Shown here one piece after another: positions 1 to 9,053 of a stretch of DNA of 50,093 bases. Position 1 is the first letter of the stretch; each line of letters starts with the position of its first letter. Both the position numbers and the translations under genes were made by a program. The notes below the pieces were generated by a model. The model had not been told where the DNA came from and made no database searches. It saw nothing but the letters and a program-made list of their open reading frames with translations. This DNA comes from Thermomicrobiaceae bacterium. Its GTDB lineage: Bacteria > Chloroflexota > Chloroflexia > Thermomicrobiales > Thermomicrobiaceae. Location of the stretch: contig SLMJ01000049.1 of NCBI GenBank assembly GCA_007133615.1, positions 1-50,093 on the forward strand, written 5' to 3'.

Positions 1-1
1 C

Positions 2-334
2 GAGCGATTCGACGGCTACTGGTACCCGTTTCGGCATGGTTTCGGGAAAACGCTGGCCCGACTCTATCGCCAGCGACCGGTCGAACCAGCTGATTTCGAC
101 CGCTGGCGTCGGGCGCTGAATGACTATACCGGTCGCACGTTGATTCTCTGGGGAGCGAACGATCCGGCGTTCCGGTTAGACGAAATGCGGGATATTCTGT
201 CGCTTCGTCCAGACGCCGAAACGATGATGTTTCCGGGTGCCAGCCATTTTCTGCCTGAAGATGCGCCAAAATCGATGGGCCGGAGGATCCGGGCGTTTCT
301 GAGTGGGATCCCGGTTACTCCAGCAGATCATTGA
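2..334 (+). CDS. alpha/beta-fold hydrolase, C-terminal fragment (5' end lies outside the window)
   Basis: Frame 2 is open from the window edge to the stop at 332-334. The tail ...LWGANDPAF...FPGASHFLPEDAP... resembles the C-terminus of dehalogenase/epoxide-hydrolase-like alpha/beta hydrolases, including the catalytic His region. Confidence 0.6.
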   Translation, partial: ERFDGYWYPFRHGFGKTLARLYRQRPVEPADFDRWRRALNDYTGRTLILWGANDPAFRLDEMRDILSLRPDAETMMFPGASHFLPEDAPKSMGRRIRAFLSGIPVTPADH

Positions 335-1433
335 TAGCAGCAGTTGACTTCAGACCGTGCCCGGTGATGTGCGCCACGATCAGTTCGTCCGGGTCGACTT
401 CGTTACGGCTGAGCGCGATGCGGAACGCGGCGACGCCCAGCGCGCCCGTCGGTTCGCAGTAGATCCCGCCCGCCCAGAGCTGTTTCAGGGTGCTGATCAG
501 CAACTCTTCGTCAACGGCGATTGCGCCGGCAGCGGGATGTTCCAGAACCCGGGCAATCTGCCGGGCTCGCGGTGGTTCGGCGATCTTTGTCCCTTCTGCA
601 ATCGTTGGGCCGGCTTCCATCCGGCGGATTGGCGCCTGCTCTTTCCAGGCACGGACAATTGGAGCACAAGCCTCGGGCTGAGCCGCGATGATTCCAGGCA
701 ACCGGGATCCCGTGGCCGAGAACCCGCGCCAGGCGCCAACAAACGAGGATCCACCACCAGCCGGGGCGAAGACCCGATCCGGGTTGCGACCGCCGAGTTG
801 TTCGTGGACCTCGAAAGCCCAGGTCTTCACGCCCTCAACGAACACCGGGTGCCAGTTGTGACTGGCGTAGCTCGCTGACTGATCCTCATCGGCGGCTGTC
901 TGCGCAGCGGTTGCGACGTCGTCCCGACTTCCCTCAATCGGGATTACGGTCGCCCCACTTGCCCGTGCCTGTACCAGTTTGCCGGGAGACGCCGTCGCTG
1001 GAACGAATACGGTGCATTCCAGTCCTGTCGCGGCTGCGTACGCAGCCATCGATGCGGCGGCATTACCCGATGAGTCGACGATAATCCGGCGAACACCGAT
1101 TTCCTTCAGGTACTGGCAGAGAACTGCTGCCCCGCGATCCTTGAAAGAGCCCGTCGGCAATTGACTGTCAACCTTGAGGTGGATTCTGACATTATCGATC
1201 TCGAAGGGCACCAGCGGGGTATCGCCTTCTCCGAGAATAGAACCGGTATCCGGGCCCTGAACCGGCAGGAGTAACCGGTAGCGCCACAGTCCAGGCCGCG
1301 ATTGATCGACCGATTCCAGAAGTTCCGGAAGACCTTCGATCAGAAGTTCGCCGCCACAATTCGGGCAGCGCCAGAGGATTTGTGCCGAGTCGCCGGTGAA
1401 GTCGCAGGTTGCGCATCGAAAGTGCCAGGTCAT
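315..1433 (-). CDS. threonine synthase-like PLP-dependent enzyme with N-terminal Cys4 zinc ribbon
   Basis: Carries the PLP-lysine motif PTGSFKDRG, the downstream SSGNAAAS loop and a tetraglycine-like PAGGGSS loop. The N-terminus CATC...CPNCG forms a zinc ribbon, as in short-form threonine synthases. The start lies 4 nt after the stop of the upstream gene. Confidence 0.8.
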   Translation of the reverse strand: MTWHFRCATCDFTGDSAQILWRCPNCGGELLIEGLPELLESVDQSRPGLWRYRLLLPVQGPDTGSILGEGDTPLVPFEIDNVRIHLKVDSQLPTGSFKDRGAAVLCQYLKEIGVRRIIVDSSGNAAASMAAYAAATGLECTVFVPATASPGKLVQARASGATVIPIEGSRDDVATAAQTAADEDQSASYASHNWHPVFVEGVKTWAFEVHEQLGGRNPDRVFAPAGGGSSFVGAWRGFSATGSRLPGIIAAQPEACAPIVRAWKEQAPIRRMEAGPTIAEGTKIAEPPRARQIARVLEHPAAGAIAVDEELLISTLKQLWAGGIYCEPTGALGVAAFRIALSRNEVDPDELIVAHITGHGLKSTAAINDLLE

Positions 1434-1436
1434 AGA

Positions 1437-2678
1437 TCAGGTTCCCATCTCATCGAACCGGTCGACGACCATTTGACCGATCACCAGGGATGACGTTGCC
1501 GCGGGTGACGGCGCGTTACGGACGTGAAGAATGCCCGCGGATTCGCTGAACACGAAGTCGTCAACCAGCTGTCCGTCATCACTGAGGGCTTGTGCCCGCA
1601 CTCCTGACGGCCCTGGGACCAGGTCTTCCATGCGGAGTTCCGGAACGTATCGCTGCAGCGAGGCGAGGAATCGCTTCTTGCTCAGATCGCGGAGCATCTC
1701 CTCTGCGCCGGTTCGCCAGTTCGTCCGCGCGAACTTGAGGAAGCCGCCGAACGTTCCCATCTCTCGCAGGTCCTTGAAGTTGAGATCGCGAAAGCGGTAT
1801 CCGTCCCGGGCGAAGGCGAGGACTGCGTTCGGTCCCAGCCAGATGTCGCCGTCAATTCGTGGCGTCAGATGCACCCCGAGAAAGGGAAAGCGGGGATCAG
1901 GCACCGGGTAGATGTTGCTCCGCACAAGGTGTCGCCGATCGTGCCGCAGAACATAGTAGTCGCCCCGGAACGGGACGATCCGCGGCTCGCGGGGCGCTCC
2001 GGACAGTTGCGCGACGCGGTCCGCCCAGAGCCCGCCACAGGTAACGACTCGCTTCGCCTGAATGTAGCCGCCGGTTGTCTCCAGAATCGTGCCTTCCGCG
2101 CGCTTGTGCAGGGCAAGGACTTCATGCCCGGTCAGTATCACTCCTGAACTCTTTCGCACATCTTCTGCGTAGGCTCGCGCGACCTGACGATAGTCAACGA
2201 TACCCGTATTGGGAGAGAGCAGCGCTTTGATGCCAGTCGCATGCGGCTCGATCTCTTTTAGTTCATCGGCATCGATAATCCGCAGGCCCGGGCACCCGTT
2301 GGCCTGGCCGCGTTCGAGGAGATTGTGGAGCCGGGGGAGCTCGTCGTCTTCGGTTGCGATGATGACCTTGCCACATCGTTCGTATGGGATTTCCCGCTCA
2401 TCGCAGAACTGCATCATCTGCGCGGCTCCGGTCACGCATGCCTTAGCTTTGAATGAGCCCGGCTTGTAGTAGATACCAGAGTGAATCACCCCGCTGTTGT
2501 GGCCTGTCTGGTGCTGAGCGATGTCGTCTTCTTTATCAACCACCGCGAGTTTGAGGTGCGGATGACGGCGAAGGATTTCACGGGCCACTGCAAGCCCGAC
2601 GATTCCAGCACCGACCACGACGACATCGCCGCTCCATTCGATGTCGAATTGACGATCTGTATTCTGCGAATTACTCAC
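1437..2678 (-). CDS. lhgO: L-2-hydroxyglutarate oxidase/dehydrogenase (FAD-dependent)
   Basis: Resembles E. coli LhgO/YgaF over its full length as recalled from memory: VVVVGAGIVGLA Rossmann fold, HQTGHNSGVIHSGIYYKPGS, PFRGDYY, FLGVHLT, GPNAVLAF, GVRAQA, NAPSPAATSS. Confidence 0.9.
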   Translation of the reverse strand: MSNSQNTDRQFDIEWSGDVVVVGAGIVGLAVAREILRRHPHLKLAVVDKEDDIAQHQTGHNSGVIHSGIYYKPGSFKAKACVTGAAQMMQFCDEREIPYERCGKVIIATEDDELPRLHNLLERGQANGCPGLRIIDADELKEIEPHATGIKALLSPNTGIVDYRQVARAYAEDVRKSSGVILTGHEVLALHKRAEGTILETTGGYIQAKRVVTCGGLWADRVAQLSGAPREPRIVPFRGDYYVLRHDRRHLVRSNIYPVPDPRFPFLGVHLTPRIDGDIWLGPNAVLAFARDGYRFRDLNFKDLREMGTFGGFLKFARTNWRTGAEEMLRDLSKKRFLASLQRYVPELRMEDLVPGPSGVRAQALSDDGQLVDDFVFSESAGILHVRNAPSPAATSSLVIGQMVVDRFDEMGT

Positions 2679-2972
2679 AAACCATTCCCACTTCGTTGTA
2701 TGAATCGGCGTCGAGTGTTTCTCCTAGAGACTAGCATAGCTGCGGGGATGTTCGAGTGGTTTCAATGGAGTAATCCAGGGGATAGACCAGCCGTCACGCG
2801 CGGAGACTTCAAAGCAGGCCGCGAGCATTGGATTCGCAAGCCGTTTAGTGACTCTGCTGAAGATCAATACTGTCAGGTCCGCAACTTAGCGGCTGTACCG
2901 TCGCTCGACGCGGGAACGGGTTGACGCCCTGCTGTGAGGTCGGTCAGTATGATCGCGAGTGGAGCGGAACAC

Positions 2973-4229
2973 ATGCACGAATCAATCAGCACGAATCATC
3001 ACACCGTCGTCATCGGCGCCGGGATCATCGGTCTGTCGGTCGCGGTTGAGCTTATCTGGCGCGGAGCCCGTGTCACGGTGGTCGACCCACGGGAACCCGG
3101 GAGCGCTGCATCGGACGGCAACACCGGTTGGGTTGTACCGGCACTGTCTGCCCCGGTTCCAACGCCAGGTTTGCCGACGCAAGTTGCGCGCTGGATGCTG
3201 GAGCATGATTCTCCCTTCAGGCTCGATCTCAGTCATGTTCGGGGCAACGCACGATGGCTGCGTCAGTTCTGGGGCCACTGTAATCCGCTCAGCCATCGAC
3301 AGGGCTTGCTCGCGCTCGGGCGATTGAACGCGGAATCGTACTCGGGATTCAGCCGGTGGCTGGAGAACGGACTGACGTTCGAATGGCGCCAACCGGGGGT
3401 TACGTTTGTTTCGCGTGACGCTGCAGCGATCGAACACGTCGCCGACGAGCTGAAATCGCTGGAACACTGGGGATATGAACAACCGCAGTGGCTCCTTGAC
3501 GATGCGCTTCGACGTCTCCATCCGGAACTTTCTGCCGACGTTGCGGCCGGAGTTCGGGCCCGTCGCGAACAGGTGGTTCGTCCGGAATCGGTGATTGCGG
3601 CCCTTCGCGCGATCGTTGACGACGCCGGGCGGGTTATTCGAGGATCGGTCCAGGACGTTCAACACGCCGGAGGCCGGATTGTCCAGGTGGAGACGGATTC
3701 CGGCGAGTGCATTGCTGCAGACGCAGTCGTGATTGCCGCCGGGGCGTGGAGCGCTAAGGTTGGCAAGTGCCTCGGTACTCACCTCCCCGTGCTTGCCGGA
3801 AAGGGCTATAGCATCACCGTCGAGAATCCTGAATTGCAACTTGCGGGACCGCTCTACCTTGCAGATGCGAAAATCGCGTGCACGCCGTTTGACGGGGCGA
3901 ACCGGTTTGCCGGCATGATGGAGTTGACCGGGCCGGACGACTCGATCAACCCGGCGCGGCTTGCCACGATGGCGAATCACCTCGATCAGGCGTTGCCAGG
4001 CTGGGAGCTTGGTTCACGTCGCATTGCCTGGTCCGGACTCCGGCCTATGACGCCGGACGGGTTGCCAATTATCGGGAAGGTTCCGACGTTCGAAAACGTT
4101 TATGCTGCCACGGGGCACGGGATGCTCGGCGTCACAATGGCGCCAGTCACCGGCGCGATCATCGCCGAACTGATCGTCAACGGCGAGAGTTCGCACGATA
4201 TCAGTGCGTTCGAGGCCGGACGGTTCTGA
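2973..4229 (+). CDS. FAD-dependent oxidoreductase, D-amino-acid dehydrogenase (DadA)-like
   Basis: N-terminal VVIGAGIIGLSVAVEL dinucleotide fold and a C-terminal GHGMLGVTMAPVTG motif typical of the DAO family. ATG 2973 has GGAG 8 nt upstream. The in-frame GTG 2934 and ATG 2949 overlap a putative promoter (TTGACG at 2921). Confidence 0.75.
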   Translation: MHESISTNHHTVVIGAGIIGLSVAVELIWRGARVTVVDPREPGSAASDGNTGWVVPALSAPVPTPGLPTQVARWMLEHDSPFRLDLSHVRGNARWLRQFWGHCNPLSHRQGLLALGRLNAESYSGFSRWLENGLTFEWRQPGVTFVSRDAAAIEHVADELKSLEHWGYEQPQWLLDDALRRLHPELSADVAAGVRARREQVVRPESVIAALRAIVDDAGRVIRGSVQDVQHAGGRIVQVETDSGECIAADAVVIAAGAWSAKVGKCLGTHLPVLAGKGYSITVENPELQLAGPLYLADAKIACTPFDGANRFAGMMELTGPDDSINPARLATMANHLDQALPGWELGSRRIAWSGLRPMTPDGLPIIGKVPTFENVYAATGHGMLGVTMAPVTGAIIAELIVNGESSHDISAFEAGRF

Positions 4230-4317
4230 ATACTGGACCGGATCATGCAACATCACCGGTCTATTGGGGGTGGGGCAGCGTGAGCACGACCAGATGGACA
4301 CCGCGAAGGGAGAATTA

Positions 4318-5322
4318 ATGCTGACACTTGGCTACAAGGCTTCGGCAGAGCAGTTTGCACCGCGCGAAATGCTCGACTTCGGGATCGCCGCGGAAAAACA
4401 CGGGTTTGACTCGGTGGTCGTTAGCGACCACTTCCAGCCGTGGCGACATACTGGCGGGCACTCGCCGTTCTCGTTTGCCTGGGTAGCGGCACTTGGTGAA
4501 CGAACCTCAACGGTCAAGCTGGGCACGAGCGTTGTGACGCCGACGTTCCGGTACCATCCGTCAATTGTGGCCCAGGCTATGGGGACGATCGGCTGCCTGA
4601 ATCCCGGTCGCGTTTTTCTTGGCGTTGGAACAGGCGAATCACTGAACGAAGTTCCGGCGATCGGCATTGACTGGCCACCATTCAAGGAGCGGTTTGGTCG
4701 CCTCAAGGAGAGCATCGAACTGATGCGGAAGCTCTGGACTGAAGAGCGCGTCACGTACGAGGGCGAGTACTTCAAGACGATCCAGGCAACCGTCTATGAT
4801 CGCCCCGACGAGCAGATTCCGATCTACGTGGCAGGTGGTGGTCCCACTGCGTCGCGTCTTGCCGGTCGTGTTGCCGATGGCTTCATTTGCACCAGCGGCA
4901 AGGACCCGGCACTCTACAGCGAGAAGCTGCTACCGAGTGTTCAGGAAGGCGCCGACAAGGCTGGCCGGAACTACGATGACGTCGAGAAGATGATCGAGAT
5001 GAAGGTCTCGTTCGATACCGACATTGATCGCGCCATGGAAGACACTCGCTACTGGGGTGCGCTGGCGCTGTCTCCGGAAGAGAAGACCGGCGTCGAGGAT
5101 CCCATGGAAATGGAGAAACTCGCCGACGCGCTCTCCGCCGAGCGTGCGGCCAGCCGATGGATTGTCTCGAACGACCCGGACGAGCACATCGAGAAGCTCA
5201 AGCCATATCTCGACCTCGGATTCCGGCATCTGGTATTCCACGCGCCTGGACCGGATCAGGAGCGTTTCATCAAGCTGTACGGTGAGCACGTATTGCCGAA
5301 GCTTCGCGATCTCGGCTATTAG
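4318..5322 (+). CDS. fgd: F420-dependent glucose-6-phosphate dehydrogenase
   Basis: Near-colinear match to mycobacterial FGD1 as recalled: LGYKASAEQFAPRE, SDHFQPWRH.GGH.PFS, TPTFRYHP, GVGTGE.LNE, GFICTSGK, DPMEMEK, HLVFHAPG.DQ.RF. ATG 4318 has GAAGGGAGA upstream. The longer ORF starting at 4204 is probably not used. Confidence 0.9.
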   Translation: MLTLGYKASAEQFAPREMLDFGIAAEKHGFDSVVVSDHFQPWRHTGGHSPFSFAWVAALGERTSTVKLGTSVVTPTFRYHPSIVAQAMGTIGCLNPGRVFLGVGTGESLNEVPAIGIDWPPFKERFGRLKESIELMRKLWTEERVTYEGEYFKTIQATVYDRPDEQIPIYVAGGGPTASRLAGRVADGFICTSGKDPALYSEKLLPSVQEGADKAGRNYDDVEKMIEMKVSFDTDIDRAMEDTRYWGALALSPEEKTGVEDPMEMEKLADALSAERAASRWIVSNDPDEHIEKLKPYLDLGFRHLVFHAPGPDQERFIKLYGEHVLPKLRDLGY

Positions 5323-5440
5323 ACGTGTTTGCAGGGCGTGTCTTGCCGCATCAGTGTTGATGAAGTAGCATCCTGCCGACATCAGTACGACGTGCACCCG
5401 CTATTCTGCGGGTGCTTTCTGTGGGAAGGGATCGAATCTG

Positions 5441-6472
5441 GTGCGGTTGACGAGTATTCCCCGTGTAGACATTGCCCATTTGCCGACACCGCTGGAGCCA
5501 GCACCGAACCTGAGTGAGGAACTCGGCGGTCCGGAGATCTGGATCAAGCGTGACGATCTGACCGGTCTCGCGCTCGGCGGCAACAAGGCCCGAAAACTGG
5601 AGTTTCTGGTTGCAGATGCCATCCAGCAGGAAGCGACTGTGCTAATGACGGCGGGCGCCCCGCAGTCTAACCACTGTCGCCAGACGGCGGCCGCAGCACG
5701 GAAAGCTGGCATGAAATCCGTGCTGATCTTTGCGCCGTATTCCAAGCACTACGGTTCAACGGATCCTGATCAGGCTCCGCAGGGGAATTTGCTGCTGGAC
5801 AAAATCATGGGCGCTCGAATCGAGTGGTACCACGGCGACTGGCAGGATCGACTCGCCTTTATGGACCAGATCGCTGCGGATCTTCGAGACAAGGGCGAAC
5901 GACCGTACGTCATTCCTGGCGGTGGGTCGAATCCAGTTGGCGCGACCGCCTACGTAAACGCGGTCTACGAGACGATGAACCAGTTGCGCGAACTGTCGCT
6001 CAATGCAACGCACTGGTACACGACGAGCAGCACCTCCGGCGGCACGCATGCCGGGCTGTCACTCGGGGTGAAGCTCGCGCACGCACCGTTTACGGTCGTC
6101 GGCAGCGCGTGCGATCAGGACGCCACGAAGACGAAGTCGGTTGTGGTCCCGCTTGCGAATGCGACCGCCGAACACATCGGAACCGATGTCCGGATCAGCG
6201 ACGAAGAGGTCATCGTCGACGACAACTACTACCTGCCCAGTTACGGGATCCCGAACGAAGGCTGCCTGGAGGCAATCGAGATTGCGGCGCGGACCGAAGG
6301 ACTGTTGCTCGATCCGGTCTATACCGGGAAGACGATGTCGGCGCTGATCGACCATGTTCGAAAAGGCAAGCTGACAAGCAACGACACGGTTATCTTCCAC
6401 CACACCGGTGGAACACCGGCGCTGTTCGCCCAGGCGGACGGAATTGCCGGATCGTTCAGCGAACCAGAGTAA
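5441..6472 (+). CDS. D-cysteine desulfhydrase / 1-aminocyclopropane-1-carboxylate deaminase-family PLP enzyme
   Basis: LPTPLE...IKRDDLTGLALGGNKARKLEFL contains the PLP lysine, and a GG.SN loop and a C-terminal HTGG are present. GTG start with a GGAAGGG upstream. Confidence 0.85.
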   Translation: MRLTSIPRVDIAHLPTPLEPAPNLSEELGGPEIWIKRDDLTGLALGGNKARKLEFLVADAIQQEATVLMTAGAPQSNHCRQTAAAARKAGMKSVLIFAPYSKHYGSTDPDQAPQGNLLLDKIMGARIEWYHGDWQDRLAFMDQIAADLRDKGERPYVIPGGGSNPVGATAYVNAVYETMNQLRELSLNATHWYTTSSTSGGTHAGLSLGVKLAHAPFTVVGSACDQDATKTKSVVVPLANATAEHIGTDVRISDEEVIVDDNYYLPSYGIPNEGCLEAIEIAARTEGLLLDPVYTGKTMSALIDHVRKGKLTSNDTVIFHHTGGTPALFAQADGIAGSFSEPE

Positions 6473-6573
6473 GTCTGACGCGCTTCAATCAGTGGCCCGA
6501 TCCTTGCGTGCCGAAATTGGTACGCAGGTCGGGCTGAACTTGACATCCGGCCTTGTCACAGCATGTCGCCAGT

Positions 6574-6603
6574 TTGCACGCGTTGCTGAGCATCCGTTAG
6601 TAT
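6574..6603 (+). promoter_or_regulatory. candidate sigma-70-type promoter (TTGCAC, 18 nt spacer, TAGTAT) inside the long non-coding gap
   Basis: Hexamers read directly: TTGCAC at 6574-6579 and TAGTAT at 6598-6603. It would drive a plus-strand transcript toward the ABC operon. Based on sequence resemblance only. Confidence 0.25.
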
Positions 6604-6862
6604 TGGCGAATAGCGTCCGTTTCTACACGGACCATGCGAACCCCTTGAACCGGTGAAATCAGTTGGAACTGAGGTCCGGTTTGGCTTTTGTCGTGTCAGC
6701 GGCTGCTGGCATGATAACGGGTCACCAGTGACTTACGGGGTAATTCAGCGGGCTCTTGCCGCCTGAATCGGGTCGAGGAGTGCTTCGATGGTGGACGCTC
6801 CGCTCGCCCGAATGAGCGAAGAATCGCGATACAGCAAGTCCATCGTTGAGAAGGAGAAACTG

Positions 6863-6904
6863 ATGTTCGCCTCAGGATCTGGATACTGCCCAGCGGTTTT
6901 CTGA
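6863..6904 (+). CDS. candidate 13-codon leader micro-ORF (MFASGSGYCPAVF)
   Basis: A perfect Shine-Dalgarno AAGGAG at 6851-6856 lies 6 nt upstream of ATG 6863, with TGA at 6902-6904. It is the only SD-preceded start in an otherwise ORF-less 0.8 kb region. Too short to judge coding from composition. Confidence 0.2.
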   Translation: MFASGSGYCPAVF

Positions 6905-7282
6905 GAAGATTCCGCGTCAGGTGCAAAGCAACGCATCGGCCACAGGGTTGCCCGGGTAGTTCGAGTGCCCCGGCACACCGGTCGAGACGGATCGCAGACA
7001 CCACCGCGAGTCCGTCGCGACAAAACGGCACGGAAAACGCATAGCGAATCCCGCTCAGTACTCTCACGCCGGATATCCCCGGCACAGCACGAACATGATG
7101 GCGCTCTCGGAACCGGGGGCAACTGCCAGCGATGCAAAGTGAGACTGGCAGATCCGGCCGGGACAGGCGGAGACGCCTTCATGGCTTGAGGGCCTCACGC
7201 TGAAGACCTGAAAACGGTTGTGAAGATAATCACGAGTGAGCGCGGGATTCGATCTTTTGAGAGCAGGCGAGGAGGAGGAATC

Positions 7283-8983
7283 ATGACGATGTGGAACAAG
7301 CTCAATGCGACTCGAGTAACTGAACTCAACGGGATGGCGATGTCGCGCAGGACGCTCTTGCGCCGTGCGGCCGTGGCAGGCCTGGCCACGCCGGCAATTG
7401 CCGGGCTTCTTGCGGCCTGTGGTGAGGACGACGATGTCGACGACACTGCAGATCTTGGCGATACCGACGACGCAGACGATGAAGAGATCGACGTCACCGA
7501 TGATGCCGACGACGTCGCCGAGGAAGACGAGCCGGATGCCGATGAGCGCCGCGGTGGTACGCTGCGGATCGGGTTGAGTGGCTCCGCCGAGAATTTCGAC
7601 CCTCACCACCAGACCCAGTTTGACTCCATCTGGGTCAACGGCATGATGTACAACCGTCTGGTCCGGATTGACCCGGACATGCAGCCGGTTCCCGACCTTG
7701 CACATTCATGGGAACAGGACGACGAAGCAACCGAGTGGACGTTCCAGCTCCATGAAGGCGTGATGTTCCATAACGGTCGTGAAATGACCGCGGAAGACGT
7801 CGTGGAATCATTCGAGCGACTAAAGGATCCGGATGAGGGAACTGCGTTCGCGCAGCAATTGGACATGATCGACAGCGTGGAAGCGACGTCCGATTACGAA
7901 GTTGTTTTCCACATGGACGGATCCTATGCAGATCTGCTCGCTGTTCTCGGATTCTATGCCTTCCGGATTATTCCGATCGAGGACGCCGAGAATCTCGCGA
8001 CCGAACCGGTGGGTACCGGCCCATACAAGCTGCTGTCACACAGCCCGGACGAGCGGACGGTGCTCGAGCGGTTTGACGACTACTTCCTGTCTGACGAAGA
8101 GGGCTTTCTTGATGAAATTCACTACATCAAGATCGAGGAAGAGACCTCGCGTCTGACCGCACTGACGGATGGCACTGTCGATCTGGTCAACGAGGTTTCT
8201 CCGTCATCCCTGCCGATGATCGAGGGCAGCCCGGAACTCGAGATCGAAGAAATTGTGACCGGCAGCTACCACGTCTTCGCCATGCAGGCAGACGAAGAGC
8301 CCTTCACTGATGTCAACGTCCGGCGGGCGTTCAAACTTGTTGCCGAGCGCTCCGAGTTCGTCGAAACCGTTCTACAGGGCTATGGCGTGGAAGCGGCCGA
8401 TCAGCCAATTCCGCCGAACGATCCAATGTACGGTGAGGTTGAGATTCCGGACCGGAACATCGAGGAAGCCCAGCAGTTGCTGGAAGAAGCTGGCTATGGA
8501 GACGGCCTGCAGATCGAGCTTCATACGACGGCTGGTCGCGTCGGACTGCACGAAGCTGGTCTGACGTTCCAGGAACATGCATCTCAGGCCGGAATCGAGG
8601 TAGAAGTCATCAACCACCCGGTCGATTCCTACTGGGCAGACGTCTGGATGCAGCGCCCGTTCCACATGAGCAACTGGGGACAGCGGCCGAACGCCGATCT
8701 GGCGTTCACCGTGGCCTACGTTGAGGGAGCGTCGTGGAATGAATCCAACTGGACGAACGAGGAGTTTGAGGAGTTGCTCAGCGAGGCACGCGGCATTCTG
8801 GACGACGACGAGCGGCGCGAAGTGTATCGCGAAGCCCAGCAGTTGCTTTCAGATGAAGGCGCCGTGATCATTCCGTATTTCATTTCGGTGATCGGCGCGT
8901 GGTCAAATCGGGTGCACGGCTTCGCGCTGAACCCAACTCGAATGGTCGAGCTCCACAAGGTGTGGATCGAAAACGGCATGTAG
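7283..8983 (+). CDS. ABC transporter substrate-binding lipoprotein, family 5 (peptide/nickel/opine type), Tat signal
   Basis: Twin-arginine signal SRRTLLRRAAVAGLA followed by lipobox LLAAC. A long acidic D/E linker precedes a typical SBP_bac_5 body (TLRIG..., W.FQLHEGV.FHNG...). GGAGGAGGA lies upstream of ATG 7283, and 7334 or 7340 are alternative starts. Confidence 0.85.
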   Translation: MTMWNKLNATRVTELNGMAMSRRTLLRRAAVAGLATPAIAGLLAACGEDDDVDDTADLGDTDDADDEEIDVTDDADDVAEEDEPDADERRGGTLRIGLSGSAENFDPHHQTQFDSIWVNGMMYNRLVRIDPDMQPVPDLAHSWEQDDEATEWTFQLHEGVMFHNGREMTAEDVVESFERLKDPDEGTAFAQQLDMIDSVEATSDYEVVFHMDGSYADLLAVLGFYAFRIIPIEDAENLATEPVGTGPYKLLSHSPDERTVLERFDDYFLSDEEGFLDEIHYIKIEEETSRLTALTDGTVDLVNEVSPSSLPMIEGSPELEIEEIVTGSYHVFAMQADEEPFTDVNVRRAFKLVAERSEFVETVLQGYGVEAADQPIPPNDPMYGEVEIPDRNIEEAQQLLEEAGYGDGLQIELHTTAGRVGLHEAGLTFQEHASQAGIEVEVINHPVDSYWADVWMQRPFHMSNWGQRPNADLAFTVAYVEGASWNESNWTNEEFEELLSEARGILDDDERREVYREAQQLLSDEGAVIIPYFISVIGAWSNRVHGFALNPTRMVELHKVWIENGM

Positions 8984-9053
8984 CCAGCGAGAGCCATCCG
9001 GCTCTGCTTCGGACCTCGTTTGCTGATTGTCAGCAGAGAGGACGGGAGATTCT

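Noticed and set aside
6915-6950. GGTGCAAAGC...GCCACAGGG, reminiscent of the cobalamin riboswitch core and B12 box
   Set aside because: The B12 box (GCCACTG) is not matched exactly. The upstream GGGAA and other conserved junction elements are missing, and the downstream genes have no evident cobalamin link.
6696-7182. Minus-strand ORFs of 129 and 145 aa; also considered tmRNA or RNase P RNA on the minus strand, because the stretch starts GGGGAT.. and a downstream ..ACCCC could pair with it
   Set aside because: The translations are not protein-like. There is no tRNA-like T-arm (GGTTCGAnTCC), no CCA-proximal acceptor pairing with a G-U at position 3, and no tag-peptide reading frame ending in ..LAA. 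There is also no RNase P P4 sequence (GAGGAAAGTCC). The region is kept only as an unclassified candidate RNA.
7064-7705. 213-aa minus-strand ORF spanning the start of the solute-binding-protein gene
   Set aside because: It is antisense to the acidic-linker region of a well-supported gene, and the translation is low complexity.
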